A DNA stretch of 64,000 nucleotides from Eledone cirrhosa (taxonomy: Eukaryota). The stretch lies in contig OZ024745.1 of NCBI GenBank assembly GCA_964016885.1, positions 2,604,001 to 2,668,000 of the forward strand. The letters run 5' to 3'. Shown here in pieces: positions 63,801-64,000 of this stretch (its first letter is position 1; the number at the start of each line of letters is the position of its first letter). The notes beneath the pieces were generated by a model that was not told the origin of the DNA, did no database searches, and worked only from the letters and a program-made list of their open reading frames with translations. Both the position numbers and the translations under genes were made by a program.

Positions 63801-64000
63801 AGACACCAAGACAACAAGACACCAAGACACGGAGACACCGAGGCACCAAGATACCGAGTCATCGAGACACCAAGACACCAAGACACCTAGACACCGAGAC
63901 ACCAAGATACCGAGACACCACGACACCAAGAAACCGAGACACCAAGACACCAAGACACCAAGACACCGAGACACCGAGACACCAAGACACCAAGACACCA
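54900..64000. repeat. HOR zone G: duplication of about 1.7 kb, then a 2981-bp tandem duplication (about 57430-59700 and 60410-62680), and a further partial copy reaching the window end
   Basis: ORF pairs are 55147/56860 (1713), and 57481/60462, 58007/60988 and 59175/62156 (all 2981). ORF starts 60268/63849 give an offset of 3581. Confidence 0.88.

Larger units (their letters stand above)
3017..64000. repeat. Octamer satellite array (GACACC[A/G]A)n, about 7,600 units, continuing past the window end
   Basis: Continuous head-to-tail GACACCAA and GACACCGA units in one orientation. Recurrent point variants are GACATCAA, GATACCRA, GTCACCGA, GAAACCGA, GACACAAA and GACAGCRA. Units of 7, 9 or 10 bp are rare. 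I saw no inserted foreign sequence. Confidence 0.99.

Noticed and set aside
3029-63998. Hundreds of ORFs (VSWCLGV-type and TPRHQDTK-type) as protein-coding genes
   Set aside because: They overlap in all six frames and are direct translations of the 8-bp repeat. They have no unique domain, and frame-breaking units and HOR periods not divisible by 3 interrupt them.
3017-64000. Telomerase-made telomere tract (the minus strand TCT[T/C]GGTG is one base from the Naumovozyma castellii repeat TCTGGGTG)
   Set aside because: The G/T-rich strand runs 5'-3' toward the unique flank rather than toward the open end. Kilobase HORs with inherited variants indicate recombination or duplication, not template synthesis. 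A relict interstitial origin cannot be excluded.
3017-64000. Arrays of transcription-factor sites (TGTCTC auxin response element on the minus strand; AGAC Smad-binding core)
   Set aside because: Short motif matches are unavoidable in a simple repeat. The organism is unknown and there is no linked gene or other evidence.
3017-64000. Synthetic DNA data storage or a deliberate binary code
   Set aside because: The degenerate edge, scattered point variants and nested imperfect duplications fit natural satellite evolution.

Overview
This window is almost entirely non-coding, eukaryotic-type repetitive DNA. I find no supportable gene, RNA gene, CRISPR array or autonomous transposon. In order: GA-rich low-complexity DNA (1-234); a 32-bp polypurine minisatellite with 47 in-phase copies (235-1746); a microsatellite block containing a long imperfect inverted repeat with a 64-bp unique loop (about 1850-2406); (TA)n; about 350 bp of unique DNA; then a satellite of at least 61 kb built from the octamer GACACC[A/G]A (3017 to the window end, about 7,600 units). 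The satellite has a degenerate monomeric edge and nested, shifting higher-order repeats (HORs) of about 1.3-7.1 kb. All listed ORFs are translations of these repeats, because the octamer has no stop codon in any of the six frames. The most interesting object is the satellite's architecture: a two-state CpG/CpA unit with short run lengths, a recurring ancestral module, and layered kilobase duplications resembling centromeric satellite evolution. Function cannot be shown from sequence alone. HOR boundaries were read by eye and are approximate. Offsets come from matching landmarks and matching ORFs in the supplied track.
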